Counted from the first letter of the stretch, positions 28,667 through 38,545 are shown. The stretch is DNA of 57,072 bases from an uncultured Treponema sp. (GCA_945868875.1 CAMBMW010000001.1:1-57072), one strand, 5' to 3'. Notes: generated by a model not told the origin, from the sequence alone. Made by a program: numbers and translations.

Positions 28667-29536
28667 ATGAAACATCCAGATTATAATTCACCTGCAGAAT
28701 TAAAGCAGGTTCTTGACATAAACGGTTTTTCAATGCAGAAAAAATTCGGTCAAAATTTTTTGATTAATTCTGAAGCACGAAAAAAACTCATTGATACTCT
28801 TCAGGTGGATGAAAACACTAGCGTTTGGGAAGTTGGACCTGGTCTTGGAGCAATGACATCTGAAATTCTTGAGCGAAATGCAGAATTAACAGTTTTTGAA
28901 ATAGACAGGGGCTTTGCATCATTAATTTCAAATTATTTTGAAGATTTTGCAAAAAAAGATAAGTTTTTTCTTGTGGAAGGAGATGTGTTAAAAACCTGGA
29001 AAACTCATCTTGAAAAAACAAAGATTCCAGACAGATTTTTTGGAAACCTTCCTTATAACATTGCTGCAACAATTATCGCTGATACTATTGAAAATAATGT
29101 CAGATTTGAACGGTGTGTTTTTACTGTACAAAAAGAAGTTGCCCAGAGAATGACTGCAAAACCTGGTCAATCTGATTATTCTTCTTTTTCTGTTTTGTGC
29201 CAGTGGGCTTATGACTTACAGAATGTAATTGACTTGTCAGGCGGAAATTTCTGGCCTAAGCCAAATGTTGATTCCAGAGCTGTCTTATTCACAAAAAAAA
29301 CAGATTTTCCATCCTGCGAAAATCCCTCGCTTTTTATAAAAATGCAAAGAGCTTTGTTCAGTTCAAGGAGAAAAACAGTCAGAAATAACTTGTCGCAGTT
29401 TTTAAAAAATAATGAACTTGCAGTGGAATGTTTAAATCTTGCAGATATTGACATAATGAAAAGAGCTGAAGTTTTGACAATTGAACAGTTATTAAAACTT
29501 TCTGATATAATAAATCAGAAAACAGGTGAAAAATGA
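28667..29536 (+). CDS. rsmA: 16S rRNA dimethyladenosine transferase RsmA/KsgA
   Basis: KKFGQNFL, EVGPGLG, GNLPYNI, QKEVAQR. Confidence 0.97.
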   Translation: MKHPDYNSPAELKQVLDINGFSMQKKFGQNFLINSEARKKLIDTLQVDENTSVWEVGPGLGAMTSEILERNAELTVFEIDRGFASLISNYFEDFAKKDKFFLVEGDVLKTWKTHLEKTKIPDRFFGNLPYNIAATIIADTIENNVRFERCVFTVQKEVAQRMTAKPGQSDYSSFSVLCQWAYDLQNVIDLSGGNFWPKPNVDSRAVLFTKKTDFPSCENPSLFIKMQRALFSSRRKTVRNNLSQFLKNNELAVECLNLADIDIMKRAEVLTIEQLLKLSDIINQKTGEK

Positions 29537-30243
29537 TAAAAGAAAACTTAGAAAAAATAAAAAACAGGATAAAAATCGCCGAAAAAAAATCAGGACGGTC
29601 TGAAAATTCAGTAAAACTGATGGCGGTTAGTAAATTTCATCCAGTTTCACAGATTATTGAAGCTGTTGAACAAGGACAGTTTTTGTTTGGCGAAAATAGA
29701 GTCCAGGAAGCTGTTCAAAAATTTACCGACCCAAGTTTTGAAGGATTTAAAAATAAAATAAGTCTTCATCAGATTGGACAGCTACAATCAAACAAAGTTA
29801 AACAGATATTAAAAATCGCAGACTGCATAGAATCAGTTGACAGAATTGAACTTTTGCAGGAAATAGAAAAACAGTGTGCAAAAATAGAAAAAAAAATCCA
29901 GATTTTATTTGAAATTCATACGGCAGAAGATTCAAAATCTGGATATGATTCAGAAAAACTACTTTTTGAATCTCTGAAGGCTTGCAGTCAGAACGATTTT
30001 CCACACATCACGGCAAAAGGATTTATGACGATGGCTCCTTTTACACAAGATGAGCGATTAATCAGAAATTCTTTTATAACACTGCGAACTCTGTCTGAAA
30101 AAATGAAAAAAGAATTTCCAAATCTGGACCTTTCTGAACTTTCAATGGGAATGTCAAATGACTTTGAAATTGCGATTGAAGAAGGTTCTACAATTGTTCG
30201 TGTTGGCACTGCAATTTTTGGAGAAAGGAATTATTCCAGATGA
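29533..30243 (+). CDS. yggS: PLP homeostasis protein YggS
   Basis: LMAVSK, FGENRVQE, IGQLQSNK, LSMGMSNDF. Confidence 0.96.
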   Translation: MIKENLEKIKNRIKIAEKKSGRSENSVKLMAVSKFHPVSQIIEAVEQGQFLFGENRVQEAVQKFTDPSFEGFKNKISLHQIGQLQSNKVKQILKIADCIESVDRIELLQEIEKQCAKIEKKIQILFEIHTAEDSKSGYDSEKLLFESLKACSQNDFPHITAKGFMTMAPFTQDERLIRNSFITLRTLSEKMKKEFPNLDLSELSMGMSNDFEIAIEEGSTIVRVGTAIFGERNYSR

Positions 30244-30809
30244 AAAGAAAATCGATAATTCTGAAAATCTTACTTTTTTCTCTCATTTTGAATTCAACAA
30301 TTCCAGTGTTCTCAGAAGACACAACACCGCTTGAATATGACAGTTCGTCTATGCCACAAGGATTAAAAGATTTACGACGATTTGAAATCATCACTTTGGG
30401 TTCACTTCCTTTTGTGACGCTTGATGCAGGAATTGTATATTCTGGAATCAGATGGGCTAATAACGGATTTGATTCTGCATATTCTCCAAATCCTTTTGCA
30501 ACTTCAACATATTCAACCGAAGAACAAATTGGAATTCTGCTTACTTCAATTGGAATTTCTATAAGTATTGGCTTAACAGATTATATTATCAATCTTGTAA
30601 AACGTTCAAACAAAAAAAATAGGGAAAAACTTTTGAATCAAAGCATTATCATTACACCGCTGAGTCAAGATGACACTGCAACTCCAATTAATATTGATAA
30701 AAATGATGATATAGATTTTCCTGAGCAGTCATCAGAAGATGAAAATAAACAGTTTCAGGATGAATTTTTGAATTCTTCAGAAGATGAAATCCTGGAGGTG
30801 AAAGAATAA
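30240..30809 (+). CDS. Hypothetical membrane protein with acidic tail
   Basis: Overlapping start/stop with both neighbours; DLRRFEIITLGSLPF; hydrophobic segments. Confidence 0.75.
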   Translation: MKRKSIILKILLFSLILNSTIPVFSEDTTPLEYDSSSMPQGLKDLRRFEIITLGSLPFVTLDAGIVYSGIRWANNGFDSAYSPNPFATSTYSTEEQIGILLTSIGISISIGLTDYIINLVKRSNKKNREKLLNQSIIITPLSQDDTATPINIDKNDDIDFPEQSSEDENKQFQDEFLNSSEDEILEVKE

Positions 30810-31837
30810 TGCCTTTTTTCAGTGAAAAAGTTCCTGCAGATTTTGAAGGTTCAATCCGTCTGGATAAATTCATTGCATCCCTTCCAAATGGAATGAACAG
30901 ATCAAAACTAAAGAGCGGAGTTACAGAAATTCTAATCAATGGAAAAAAGGTAAAACTTTCTGCAAAAGTCCAGGCTTCAGACCAGATAGACATTCAATGG
31001 GAAGATAACATTCCAGATGATATTGAACCTGAAAACCTTCCGCTTGATATTATTTATGAAGATGAAAATGTTACAGTTGTGAATAAAAAACAGGGAATGG
31101 TGACTCATCCTGCTTGCGGAAACTGGAACGGTACACTCGTAAATGCTTTGTTATATCACTGGGGAAGGAAAGCTGTTTCACAACTAAAAGAGGGAAGTGC
31201 TTCTGAAATTCTTGAAAGACGCCGCCCCGGAATAGTTCACAGGCTAGACAAAGAAACTTCCGGCATCATTATAACAGCAAAAAATCGTGATTCAGAAGAA
31301 TTTTTACAAAAGCAATTTAAAGAAAAATCACTTCAAAAAGAATATATATTAATCTGCACTGGTCGCCCTCCAAAAAGAACGGGAGATATACGCACTCAAA
31401 TCATCAGAGATCCAAAAAATCGTCATCGTTTTAAAGCAGTTGATGATACACAACAGGGAAAATTTGCCAGGACAATCTACCATTGTATTGCGTGTTATGG
31501 AAATTATTCACTAATGAGAGTTCGAATCAAAACTGGAAGAACGCATCAGATTCGTGTTCACATGAAATATTTGGGTTGTCCAATTCTTGGAGATTCCATT
31601 TACAATAAACCTGACAAGAATTTTCCTAACGCCACGCTCATGCTTCATTCAGTTCAGTTAAAAATCAGATTACCTCACTTTCTGAATACAGAAACAAACA
31701 ATCAGTCAAATTTTGCACACTGTGTTGAAACTTCTAAAGATGATGGTTTTACTATATTTAGAACAAAAACTCCACAAAGGTTTATCGAAATAGAAAAAAA
31801 ACTAAAAAAAATGTTTCCAAAAACTGTTATCGATTAA
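30809..31837 (+). CDS. rluD: RluA-family pseudouridine synthase with S4 domain (RluD-like)
   Basis: RLDKF S4 start, VNKKQGMVTHP, GIVHRLDKETSG, TGRTHQIRVH. Confidence 0.9.
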   Translation: MPFFSEKVPADFEGSIRLDKFIASLPNGMNRSKLKSGVTEILINGKKVKLSAKVQASDQIDIQWEDNIPDDIEPENLPLDIIYEDENVTVVNKKQGMVTHPACGNWNGTLVNALLYHWGRKAVSQLKEGSASEILERRRPGIVHRLDKETSGIIITAKNRDSEEFLQKQFKEKSLQKEYILICTGRPPKRTGDIRTQIIRDPKNRHRFKAVDDTQQGKFARTIYHCIACYGNYSLMRVRIKTGRTHQIRVHMKYLGCPILGDSIYNKPDKNFPNATLMLHSVQLKIRLPHFLNTETNNQSNFAHCVETSKDDGFTIFRTKTPQRFIEIEKKLKKMFPKTVID

Positions 31838-31840
31838 AAT

Positions 31841-32644
31841 ATGGATAAAATTAAAATTATTTTTGAACCAGATAAAAATAAACCATTTCTCGTTATTTAT
31901 AAACCAAAAAATCTACCATCTGCACCATTGAATGAAAATGATAAAAATAACGCCCTTTCACAGGCAATCCAATTGTTTCCAGAAATTCAAAATGTCATCG
32001 GTAAAAAACAAATCGAATATGGTCTTTTACATCGTCTTGACACAGCAACAGACGGGCTTCTGCTCATCTGCACGACACAAGAATGTTATGATTTTCTTTT
32101 TGAACAACAAAAACTTGGAAATATTGTCAAACACTATTCTGCAAAATGCGATATTCTGATGGAAAATGCAAAACTGTTAGGAGGATTTCCAGAAAACAGG
32201 ATTTCCTCAAATATTGATATCCATAGAACTTACAAGATAGAATCTTTTTTCAGAAGTTTTTCAAAAGGAAACAAAGAAGTGCGCCCAGTAACTTCAGAAT
32301 CTCCGCTGGCAGTACAAAAGAAAGTGGGTACTAAAAAAAATTACACTACAAATGTCACAATTTTACAAAAACATAAAGATTTCTGTCTTGTCGAATGTAA
32401 GATTTCTCAAGGGTTCCGTCATCAAGTGCGTTGTCACCTTAGCTGGATTGGTCTTCCAATACAAAACGATAAACTTTATAATTACAAAACAAAGTTAATA
32501 TACGAAAATTCACAAAAGGAAGATGTAACAAAAAAAAATCACCCTCAAATTGAAGATGATTTATCGTTTACTGCAACCAAAATAGAATTTGAATACCCGA
32601 AAGGAGACTTGAACTCCTATGAAATTGCTTTCACTTGGACCTGA
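31841..32644 (+). CDS. RluA-family pseudouridine synthase (no S4 domain); 3' end overlaps tRNA-Leu antisense
   Basis: YKPKNLPS, LLHRLDTATDG, GFRHQVRCHL. Confidence 0.88.
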   Translation: MDKIKIIFEPDKNKPFLVIYKPKNLPSAPLNENDKNNALSQAIQLFPEIQNVIGKKQIEYGLLHRLDTATDGLLLICTTQECYDFLFEQQKLGNIVKHYSAKCDILMENAKLLGGFPENRISSNIDIHRTYKIESFFRSFSKGNKEVRPVTSESPLAVQKKVGTKKNYTTNVTILQKHKDFCLVECKISQGFRHQVRCHLSWIGLPIQNDKLYNYKTKLIYENSQKEDVTKKNHPQIEDDLSFTATKIEFEYPKGDLNSYEIAFTWT

Positions 32645-32677
32645 ACCAAGCGCGTCTACCAATTCCGCCATCCGGGC
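32594..32677 (-). tRNA. tRNA-Leu(CAG), no encoded CCA
   Basis: GCCCGGA/TTCGGGT acceptor stem, CTTGG-TTCAGGT-CCAAG anticodon arm, long variable arm, AGGAG-TTCAAGT-CTCCT T arm. Confidence 0.97.
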
Positions 32678-32692
32678 AAAACAATGTAGATA

Positions 32693-32721
32693 ATTATATA
32701 AAAAATGACTTTCTTTGTCAA
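32693..32721 (-). promoter_or_regulatory. Consensus sigma70 promoter of tRNA-Leu
   Basis: TTGACA-17 nt-TATAAT. Confidence 0.9.
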
Positions 32722-32777
32722 ACCATTTGCAACCTTTTGCAGACTATTTGTCAAAGAGTTCTGTGCAAACGTTTGCG

Positions 32778-34217
32778 TTAATTCACATAAGACCTGGCAA
32801 TTCTCAAAAGCTTTTCTTTATCATTTAGTTCAGGATCTTCAATCACGCATTCCAAAAGATGATTTAAAACTTCCCCAATCTTTTTTCCAAAAGCAATATT
32901 CTGCTCAATCAAATCATTGCCGTTTACTTTTAAACTTTTTAATGAAAGTGCATTCTGTTTTTCTAATTCACTTTTGATTCTTTCTTTTAGTTCCAAAAGC
33001 AAACCAACACTGGCACTATATTTGATTTCAACTTTTTGATTCCACATTCCATACATATCAGAAAGCCGTAAATCAAATAAGTCTTCAAGATTTTCAGGTT
33101 TTACTCTGATAATAAAACGTCTGACAGCTGCATTTGTCCAGTTTGTTTCATAATGAAACATATGTTCATTTACAAGATGACCCACATTTTTTATCATATC
33201 GTTAGAAAATTTTAGTCTTGTCAAAACTTTTTCAGTTATATCCCTGCTGATTTTTTCGTGATTGTAAAAAGTGACAGTTTCAACATTCTCAGTTTTGCCA
33301 GTTTTAACATTTAACGCCTGTTGTGTGACAATTTTTTTGGCATCAGGTTTTCCAATATCATGAAATAAAGCAGCAAGCCTTACATTTAATTTTTCTTGAA
33401 CAGCACCATCACAAGCATAAAAAAGATGATCTAAAACGTCAAATTTATGAAATCCTCTATAGTCACTTTGAGTAACACCGCGGCATTTTGAAAGTTCAGG
33501 AATAAAAAGCTGTAAAATTCCTGTTTTTTCCATAAGTTTTAATCCAACAGACGGCTTGTTTGATTGAAGGATTTTTACAAATTCATCTCGAAAACGTTCA
33601 ATCGAAATACTCAACACTTTTTTTTGAACTTCATTGTCAAAAATTGCATTAAAAGTCTTTTTTTCTATCGCAAAATCCAGTTTAGAAGCAAAACGTAACG
33701 CTCTGATTGGACGAAGTCCATCTTCCATAAATCTTTCTAAAGGATTTCCAACCGTTCTAATCAGCTTCTTTTTTATATCTTTTTGACCATGATATGGGTT
33801 AGTTAATCTGCCGTTTTTCAGATTTACTGCAATCGCATTCATAGTAAAATCACGTCTGGCCAAATCTTCATTAATCGTTGCTGCGTAGTTAATCTTGTCA
33901 GGATGACGTGCATCTGAATATCCTGATTCTGTTCTAAAAGTTGTAACTTCAATTTCGGCTTTATGAAAATGCACAGTTACAGTTCCATGTTCAAATCCTG
34001 TTGGAACTACAAATTTAAACATCTTCATTACATCCTGCGGCGTTGCATTAGTAGCCACATCCCAGTCAGAAGCCTTTTTATTTAAACAAATGTCACGAAC
34101 CGCACCGCCAACAAGATATGCTTCAAATCCATTTTGTTCAAAAACTTTGTAAAATTCTTTTAAAATTTGAGGAAGTGAAATTTTTTTTAAAAAGATTCGC
34201 TGCAAATTCAACATCAT
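32778..34217 (-). CDS. cca: CCA tRNA nucleotidyltransferase with HD domain
   Basis: VGGAVRD, DWD, DLARRDFTMNA, EDGLR, LFHDIGK; exact start uncertain. Confidence 0.92.
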   Translation of the reverse strand: MMLNLQRIFLKKISLPQILKEFYKVFEQNGFEAYLVGGAVRDICLNKKASDWDVATNATPQDVMKMFKFVVPTGFEHGTVTVHFHKAEIEVTTFRTESGYSDARHPDKINYAATINEDLARRDFTMNAIAVNLKNGRLTNPYHGQKDIKKKLIRTVGNPLERFMEDGLRPIRALRFASKLDFAIEKKTFNAIFDNEVQKKVLSISIERFRDEFVKILQSNKPSVGLKLMEKTGILQLFIPELSKCRGVTQSDYRGFHKFDVLDHLFYACDGAVQEKLNVRLAALFHDIGKPDAKKIVTQQALNVKTGKTENVETVTFYNHEKISRDITEKVLTRLKFSNDMIKNVGHLVNEHMFHYETNWTNAAVRRFIIRVKPENLEDLFDLRLSDMYGMWNQKVEIKYSASVGLLLELKERIKSELEKQNALSLKSLKVNGNDLIEQNIAFGKKIGEVLNHLLECVIEDPELNDKEKLLRIARSYVN

Positions 34218-34588
34218 GATTTTAATCCTTCAGAAAGATACATTATTATATTAGAAAATTCCATAATAAAAATGCCAGTAATAATGCAAAAAAAGAGAAA
34301 AAATGAATTCAAAATGTGTTTAATCTTTTTATTCTCGCTGAAAATCTTTATTAAACTTTCTATTAAAAGCAAAAAAGAAAAAATACTTGTAAATATTGAT
34401 GAAAAAAAAAGAATTTTCAAAATAAGCAGCTGGCTTGAGTCCTGAAAAGTCTGATAATTGCCAATAAAATAAAGCATCATCAATATTATTTCAAACAGAA
34501 AAAAAACTAAATCAACTGTCATGCTGATTCTATAAACAATCGAATTTGAGATAATCTTTCTGGAATACTTAAATTTATTTTTAGCCAT
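34214..34588 (-). CDS. Small hypothetical membrane protein
   Basis: Three hydrophobic segments; 4-nt overlap with cca. Confidence 0.7.
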   Translation of the reverse strand: MAKNKFKYSRKIISNSIVYRISMTVDLVFFLFEIILMMLYFIGNYQTFQDSSQLLILKILFFSSIFTSIFSFLLLIESLIKIFSENKKIKHILNSFFLFFCIITGIFIMEFSNIIMYLSEGLKS

Positions 34589-34614
34589 TTTATGTAAATT
34601 ATAGAAACTTGAAA

Positions 34615-34643
34615 TTGATTTTTTGAACTCTGCTTGTTATAAT
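34615..34643 (+). promoter_or_regulatory. Sigma70 promoter for 34669 gene
   Basis: TTGATT-17 nt-TATAAT with extended TG. Confidence 0.7.
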
Positions 34644-34668
34644 ATATTGCAAAAATTGGTTTAAGTCC

Positions 34669-35358
34669 ATGAAGAAATTTCTTATTTCACTTTTTATATT
34701 AATCATTTTTTCTGCTTTTGTTTTCTTTTTTGGTTGGACGCAATATCAGGTAAAACCAGGAGAATTCGGTGTCGTTTTTTCCAAAACAAACGGGATAGAT
34801 GAAACTCCAATACAAAATGGTGAGTTTTCATGGTATTGGCAGTTTTTGTTACCCACAAATGCCATTCTCAAAACTTTTACTGTTGAACCAGTTTTTGTCA
34901 CAAAACAGATAAAAGGAACGCTTCCATCTGGCGATTTTTATGCTTCTTATACTCCAAAAGAAACGTTTGATTATTCGTTTGAATTCTCCATGTCGCTAAC
35001 TGTTTCTCCTCAGGATGTTATCAAACTTTTGCAGGAAGAACAGATTTCAAATCAACAGGATTTAACTCAATACATCAGCCGCAGTGCTGATACGATTGCA
35101 CAATTGGCAGCAAATTTTTATCTTAAAAAAATTCAGGAAAATCCAAAATTCCGCCTGGAATCTGTAAAACGAGATGAATTACTTCGGGCAATAAAAATTT
35201 ACGAAGACTGTCCATTAATACAGCTTATGAATTTTTCATTAACTTCTTCGAAAATTCCAGATTTTGAACTTTACGATAAATTAAAACTTCGTTTTTTTGA
35301 AAATTCTGTTGAAATAAATAATGAAATTGATACAGAAGCACAAAGTGAATTTGAATAA
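34669..35358 (+). CDS. Membrane-anchored protein, SPFH/Band-7-like N-terminus
   Basis: TM followed by VKPGEFGVVFSK..G pattern. Confidence 0.6.
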   Translation: MKKFLISLFILIIFSAFVFFFGWTQYQVKPGEFGVVFSKTNGIDETPIQNGEFSWYWQFLLPTNAILKTFTVEPVFVTKQIKGTLPSGDFYASYTPKETFDYSFEFSMSLTVSPQDVIKLLQEEQISNQQDLTQYISRSADTIAQLAANFYLKKIQENPKFRLESVKRDELLRAIKIYEDCPLIQLMNFSLTSSKIPDFELYDKLKLRFFENSVEINNEIDTEAQSEFE

Positions 35359-35459
35359 AAATGGGCCTGAAATAATTAAAAAAACGATAAAACCCGCTGA
35401 TATTGAGCGGTATTTATATTAACCAAAGTTGGCGCTGCTAACCTAATTATCAACTGGAG

Positions 35460-37019
35460 GTGAAAATGAATCTTTGGTGTGTCAGCATGGAGTGTGCGGG
35501 AATTGCAGAAGCAGGTGGTGTAAAAAACGTCACTTATTCTTTGTGCAAGGAATTTTCACTTTTAGGTCATAATGTAACGTTATTTATTCCATCTTTTAAA
35601 TGTACTCAGTTTAATCTTCTTCAAAATATTCAAAAGGATTTTTTTTCTTCGCAACTAAAAATTTGTGATAAAAATGAAACTGTATCTTACACAAAAGCAC
35701 TTTTTACAGAAGGAAATTTTCAAGTAATTCTGATAAATCACAAATGTTTTGCAGAAAAAGAAGCTGTTTACACATATACGGAACATGAACAGAAATTAAA
35801 CCCGGATTTCATAAAGGGAAGTGGTCATCTTGATTCTCCGTTTATGGATATTCTATTTCAGAAATCAGTTTTCGAATACTTTATTCATCATCAGAATGAA
35901 CAATTACCACAAATAATCCACTGTCAGGATGCATCCACAGCAGTTTTGCCTGCTTTTTTTCACAATATCCAAAAACAAAAACTGCCACAATTTGTAGTTA
36001 CAATTCACAATGCAGGACCGTTTTATCATCATGAATTTAAAAATCTGGAACAGGCAGAATATTTTACATCACTTCCAGATAAACTTCTGAAGAACTCCAT
36101 GAATAATAATAAAGTTGAACCTTTTTTAATTGCCGCAAATGTAAAAGCAAAACTTACGACAGTCTCTCCAGAATATGCAAAGGAACTTGTAAATCCTGCA
36201 TTTCATAATCAAACAGACGGACTTTCTACTATTTTTGCATCAAAAAAAATAAAAATCACTGGAATTACAAATGGTTTTGACTTTGAACGCTACAATCCAA
36301 AAGACAAAAACTGTTCAAAACTTCCATACGAGTTTGATCCTTCTTCCAGAAATCTGGCAGGAAAATTCCTTTGTCGTGAATATTTTTTGCAAAATGTTGT
36401 TCAATCAGACAACTTTGATACAACAGGCATAAAAAAATACGGTTTAATCTCACAAAAAAATGGAATTTTCATTGCTTATCATGGCAGAATTACAACACAA
36501 AAAGGAATTTCTGTCCTTACTTCTGCCATTCCAAACATCATTCGAAATTTTGATGATGTACATTTTGTTATAGCAGGACAAGGTGAAACTGTACTTGAAA
36601 ATAAAATCATTGAATTAACAAAAAAATATCCCCAAAGAGTTTTTTTTATTAATGGATACAATCAAAAAGTTGTCAGACTTGCAACAGCTTCCTGTGATTT
36701 TATGGTATTGCCAAGTTTCTTTGAGCCATGCGGACTTGAAGATTTTATTGCACAGTCTTATGGAACTCTTCCAATTGCACACAAAACTGGCGGACTGAAC
36801 AAAATTATTGATAATAAGACAGGCTTCCTCTACAAAGATAATACTCCAGAAGCATTAACAGCGAAACTCTCAGAAGTTATAATGATTAAAAAGCTAAAAC
36901 CAAATTTTATCATCTCAATGATAAAAAAAGCTTCAGATTACATTTACAGAGAATATTTATGGAAAAATGTAATCGAAAAAAAATACATCCCATTTTTCGA
37001 AAAAATTCAAAAATTTTAA
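35460..37019 (+). CDS. glgA: Glycogen/starch synthase-like glycosyltransferase (GT5)
   Basis: IIHCQD, VTIHN, TVSPEYA, GRITTQKG, PSFFEPCGL, TGGL; GTG start after GGAG. Confidence 0.85.
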   Translation: MKMNLWCVSMECAGIAEAGGVKNVTYSLCKEFSLLGHNVTLFIPSFKCTQFNLLQNIQKDFFSSQLKICDKNETVSYTKALFTEGNFQVILINHKCFAEKEAVYTYTEHEQKLNPDFIKGSGHLDSPFMDILFQKSVFEYFIHHQNEQLPQIIHCQDASTAVLPAFFHNIQKQKLPQFVVTIHNAGPFYHHEFKNLEQAEYFTSLPDKLLKNSMNNNKVEPFLIAANVKAKLTTVSPEYAKELVNPAFHNQTDGLSTIFASKKIKITGITNGFDFERYNPKDKNCSKLPYEFDPSSRNLAGKFLCREYFLQNVVQSDNFDTTGIKKYGLISQKNGIFIAYHGRITTQKGISVLTSAIPNIIRNFDDVHFVIAGQGETVLENKIIELTKKYPQRVFFINGYNQKVVRLATASCDFMVLPSFFEPCGLEDFIAQSYGTLPIAHKTGGLNKIIDNKTGFLYKDNTPEALTAKLSEVIMIKKLKPNFIISMIKKASDYIYREYLWKNVIEKKYIPFFEKIQKF

Positions 37020-37038
37020 AAAAAATTAATTTTGAATA

Positions 37039-37067
37039 TTGACATTTTTTTTCAAAGAGTATATTAT
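37039..37067 (+). promoter_or_regulatory. Sigma70 promoter of tRNA-Thr/Tyr operon
   Basis: TTGACA-17 nt-TATTAT. Confidence 0.85.
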
Positions 37068-37096
37068 TAGAAACGTTCACAACGAACAACCTAAAT

Positions 37097-37169
37097 GCTG
37101 CTTTAGCTCAGCTGGTAGAGCACGTGATTTGTAATCTCGGGGTCGTGGGTCCAAATCCTACAAGCAGCT
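37097..37169 (+). tRNA. tRNA-Thr(TGT), no encoded CCA
   Basis: GCTGCTT/AAGCAGC acceptor stem, anticodon loop TTTGTAA; T loop reads TCCAAAT. Confidence 0.93.
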
Positions 37170-37173
37170 TAAC

Positions 37174-37255
37174 GGGGAGTTTCTAGAGTGGTCAAATAGG
37201 ACAGACTGTAAATCTGTTGCCGTCGGCTTCTGAGGTTCGAATCCTCAACTCCCCA
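37174..37255 (+). tRNA. tRNA-Tyr(GTA)
   Basis: GGGGAGT/ACTCCCC acceptor stem, ACAGA-CTGTAAA-TCTGT, long variable arm, GGTTCGAATCC. Confidence 0.96.
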
Positions 37256-37261
37256 AGAATC

Positions 37262-37289
37262 AGAGCTAGTTTTCTAGCTCTTTTTTTTT
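37262..37289 (+). terminator. Intrinsic terminator after tRNA-Tyr
   Basis: AGAGCTAG-TTTT-CTAGCTCT plus T tract. Confidence 0.9.
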
Positions 37290-37399
37290 GTCTTCATATC
37301 ATCTATTTTTATTAATCATTTTCTTATTTTTTTTCATTTTTTTGTAGACAATTTTTTCTCTATAGTTTAAATTTATTACACGAAAAAGAGAGGATTATT

Positions 37400-38332
37400 G
37401 TGAAAATTCGTTTTTGGGGAGTGAGGGGGTCAATTCCAACTCCATTAACTCCACAGCAAATACAATCAAAAATTATGGCTGCAGTTCAGCGGATTACACC
37501 AGGAGATTTAAAAAATTCTGAAACACGAGCCAGATTTGTTTCATCTTTACCTTCCTGGATTTTTGGAACAACTGGTGGAAATACTGCATGTGTAGAACTC
37601 ATTCACAATAATACCGATATAATTCTTGATGCCGGAACAGGATTAAGAGTTTTAGGCAAATCTAAAAAGTGTCCTCAAAAATATCATCTTTTTCTTTCCC
37701 ATTTTCATTGGGACCATATAAACGGTTTTCCTTTTTTTGACCATGCTTTTAATCCAAATTTAGAAATCCAGGTTTATTCTCATCAAAAAGATGCACAAAA
37801 ATATTTTTACAATCAGATGTCAGAACCTTATAGTCCTCCTTCAGTTGCACCTTCAATCACAAAAAATATTGTTTTTAATAATCTACAAGAAGATAAACAA
37901 TTTTTTATTGATGATATAAAAGTAAATTCCCACAAAATGCGTCATCCAGGAGATTCTTATTCTTTTTCCTTTGAGGTTAATGGGAAAAAATTTGTCTATG
38001 CAACCGATGTTGAATTGAAAAGTACAGATTTTTCTTCACAAACCGATGGTCAGGAAGTTTTCAAAAATGCAGATGTTATTGTCATAGATTCTCAATATAC
38101 TGTTCAAGAAGTGTACAGAAAGGAAAACTGGGGACATTCTGCTTTCTGCTATGTCATAGATTTTGCAATTTTCTGGAATATTAAAAATATTTACTTATTT
38201 CATCATGAACCCACTTATGATGACAGAAAACTTGATTCAATTCTTCAGGCTGCAAGATGGTATGCTCAGTACATTGGTCATTCTGATATTCATATTGAAA
38301 TGGCAAAAGAATCTTTGGAAGTAGAATTGTAG
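37400..38332 (+). CDS. MBL-fold metallo-hydrolase (phosphodiesterase-like)
   Basis: RFWGVRGSIPTP, DAGTG, SHFHWDH, WGHS, FHHEP. Confidence 0.9.
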   Translation: MKIRFWGVRGSIPTPLTPQQIQSKIMAAVQRITPGDLKNSETRARFVSSLPSWIFGTTGGNTACVELIHNNTDIILDAGTGLRVLGKSKKCPQKYHLFLSHFHWDHINGFPFFDHAFNPNLEIQVYSHQKDAQKYFYNQMSEPYSPPSVAPSITKNIVFNNLQEDKQFFIDDIKVNSHKMRHPGDSYSFSFEVNGKKFVYATDVELKSTDFSSQTDGQEVFKNADVIVIDSQYTVQEVYRKENWGHSAFCYVIDFAIFWNIKNIYLFHHEPTYDDRKLDSILQAARWYAQYIGHSDIHIEMAKESLEVEL

Positions 38333-38353
38333 TTTAACAGGCAGTGAATTATA

Positions 38354-38545
38354 ATGAAAATTGACAATGAGGATGTTTCAGTTTTAGAATATAACTTTTC
38401 AAAAAAAGAGCTTTTTCTGCTTGCAAAATTTTTGCGACAAAATGAAGAAAAGCTTCCAAATGGATTAGAATCCTTTTATCATGTTTTAGAAGATTCTATT
38501 TATAATACACTTTCTCTTGATGAGGTAAAACGTTTTTATTCATGA
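38354..38545 (+). CDS. Small hypothetical protein
   Basis: 63 aa, ATGA overlap with mltG. Confidence 0.7.
   Translation: MKIDNEDVSVLEYNFSKKELFLLAKFLRQNEEKLPNGLESFYHVLEDSIYNTLSLDEVKRFYS

Noticed and set aside
35359-35459. Small hairpins upstream of glgA and an 11-nt match (AAAGTTGGCGC) to the MITE
   Set aside because: Match too short, no TIR or TSD, and no riboswitch consensus recognised.
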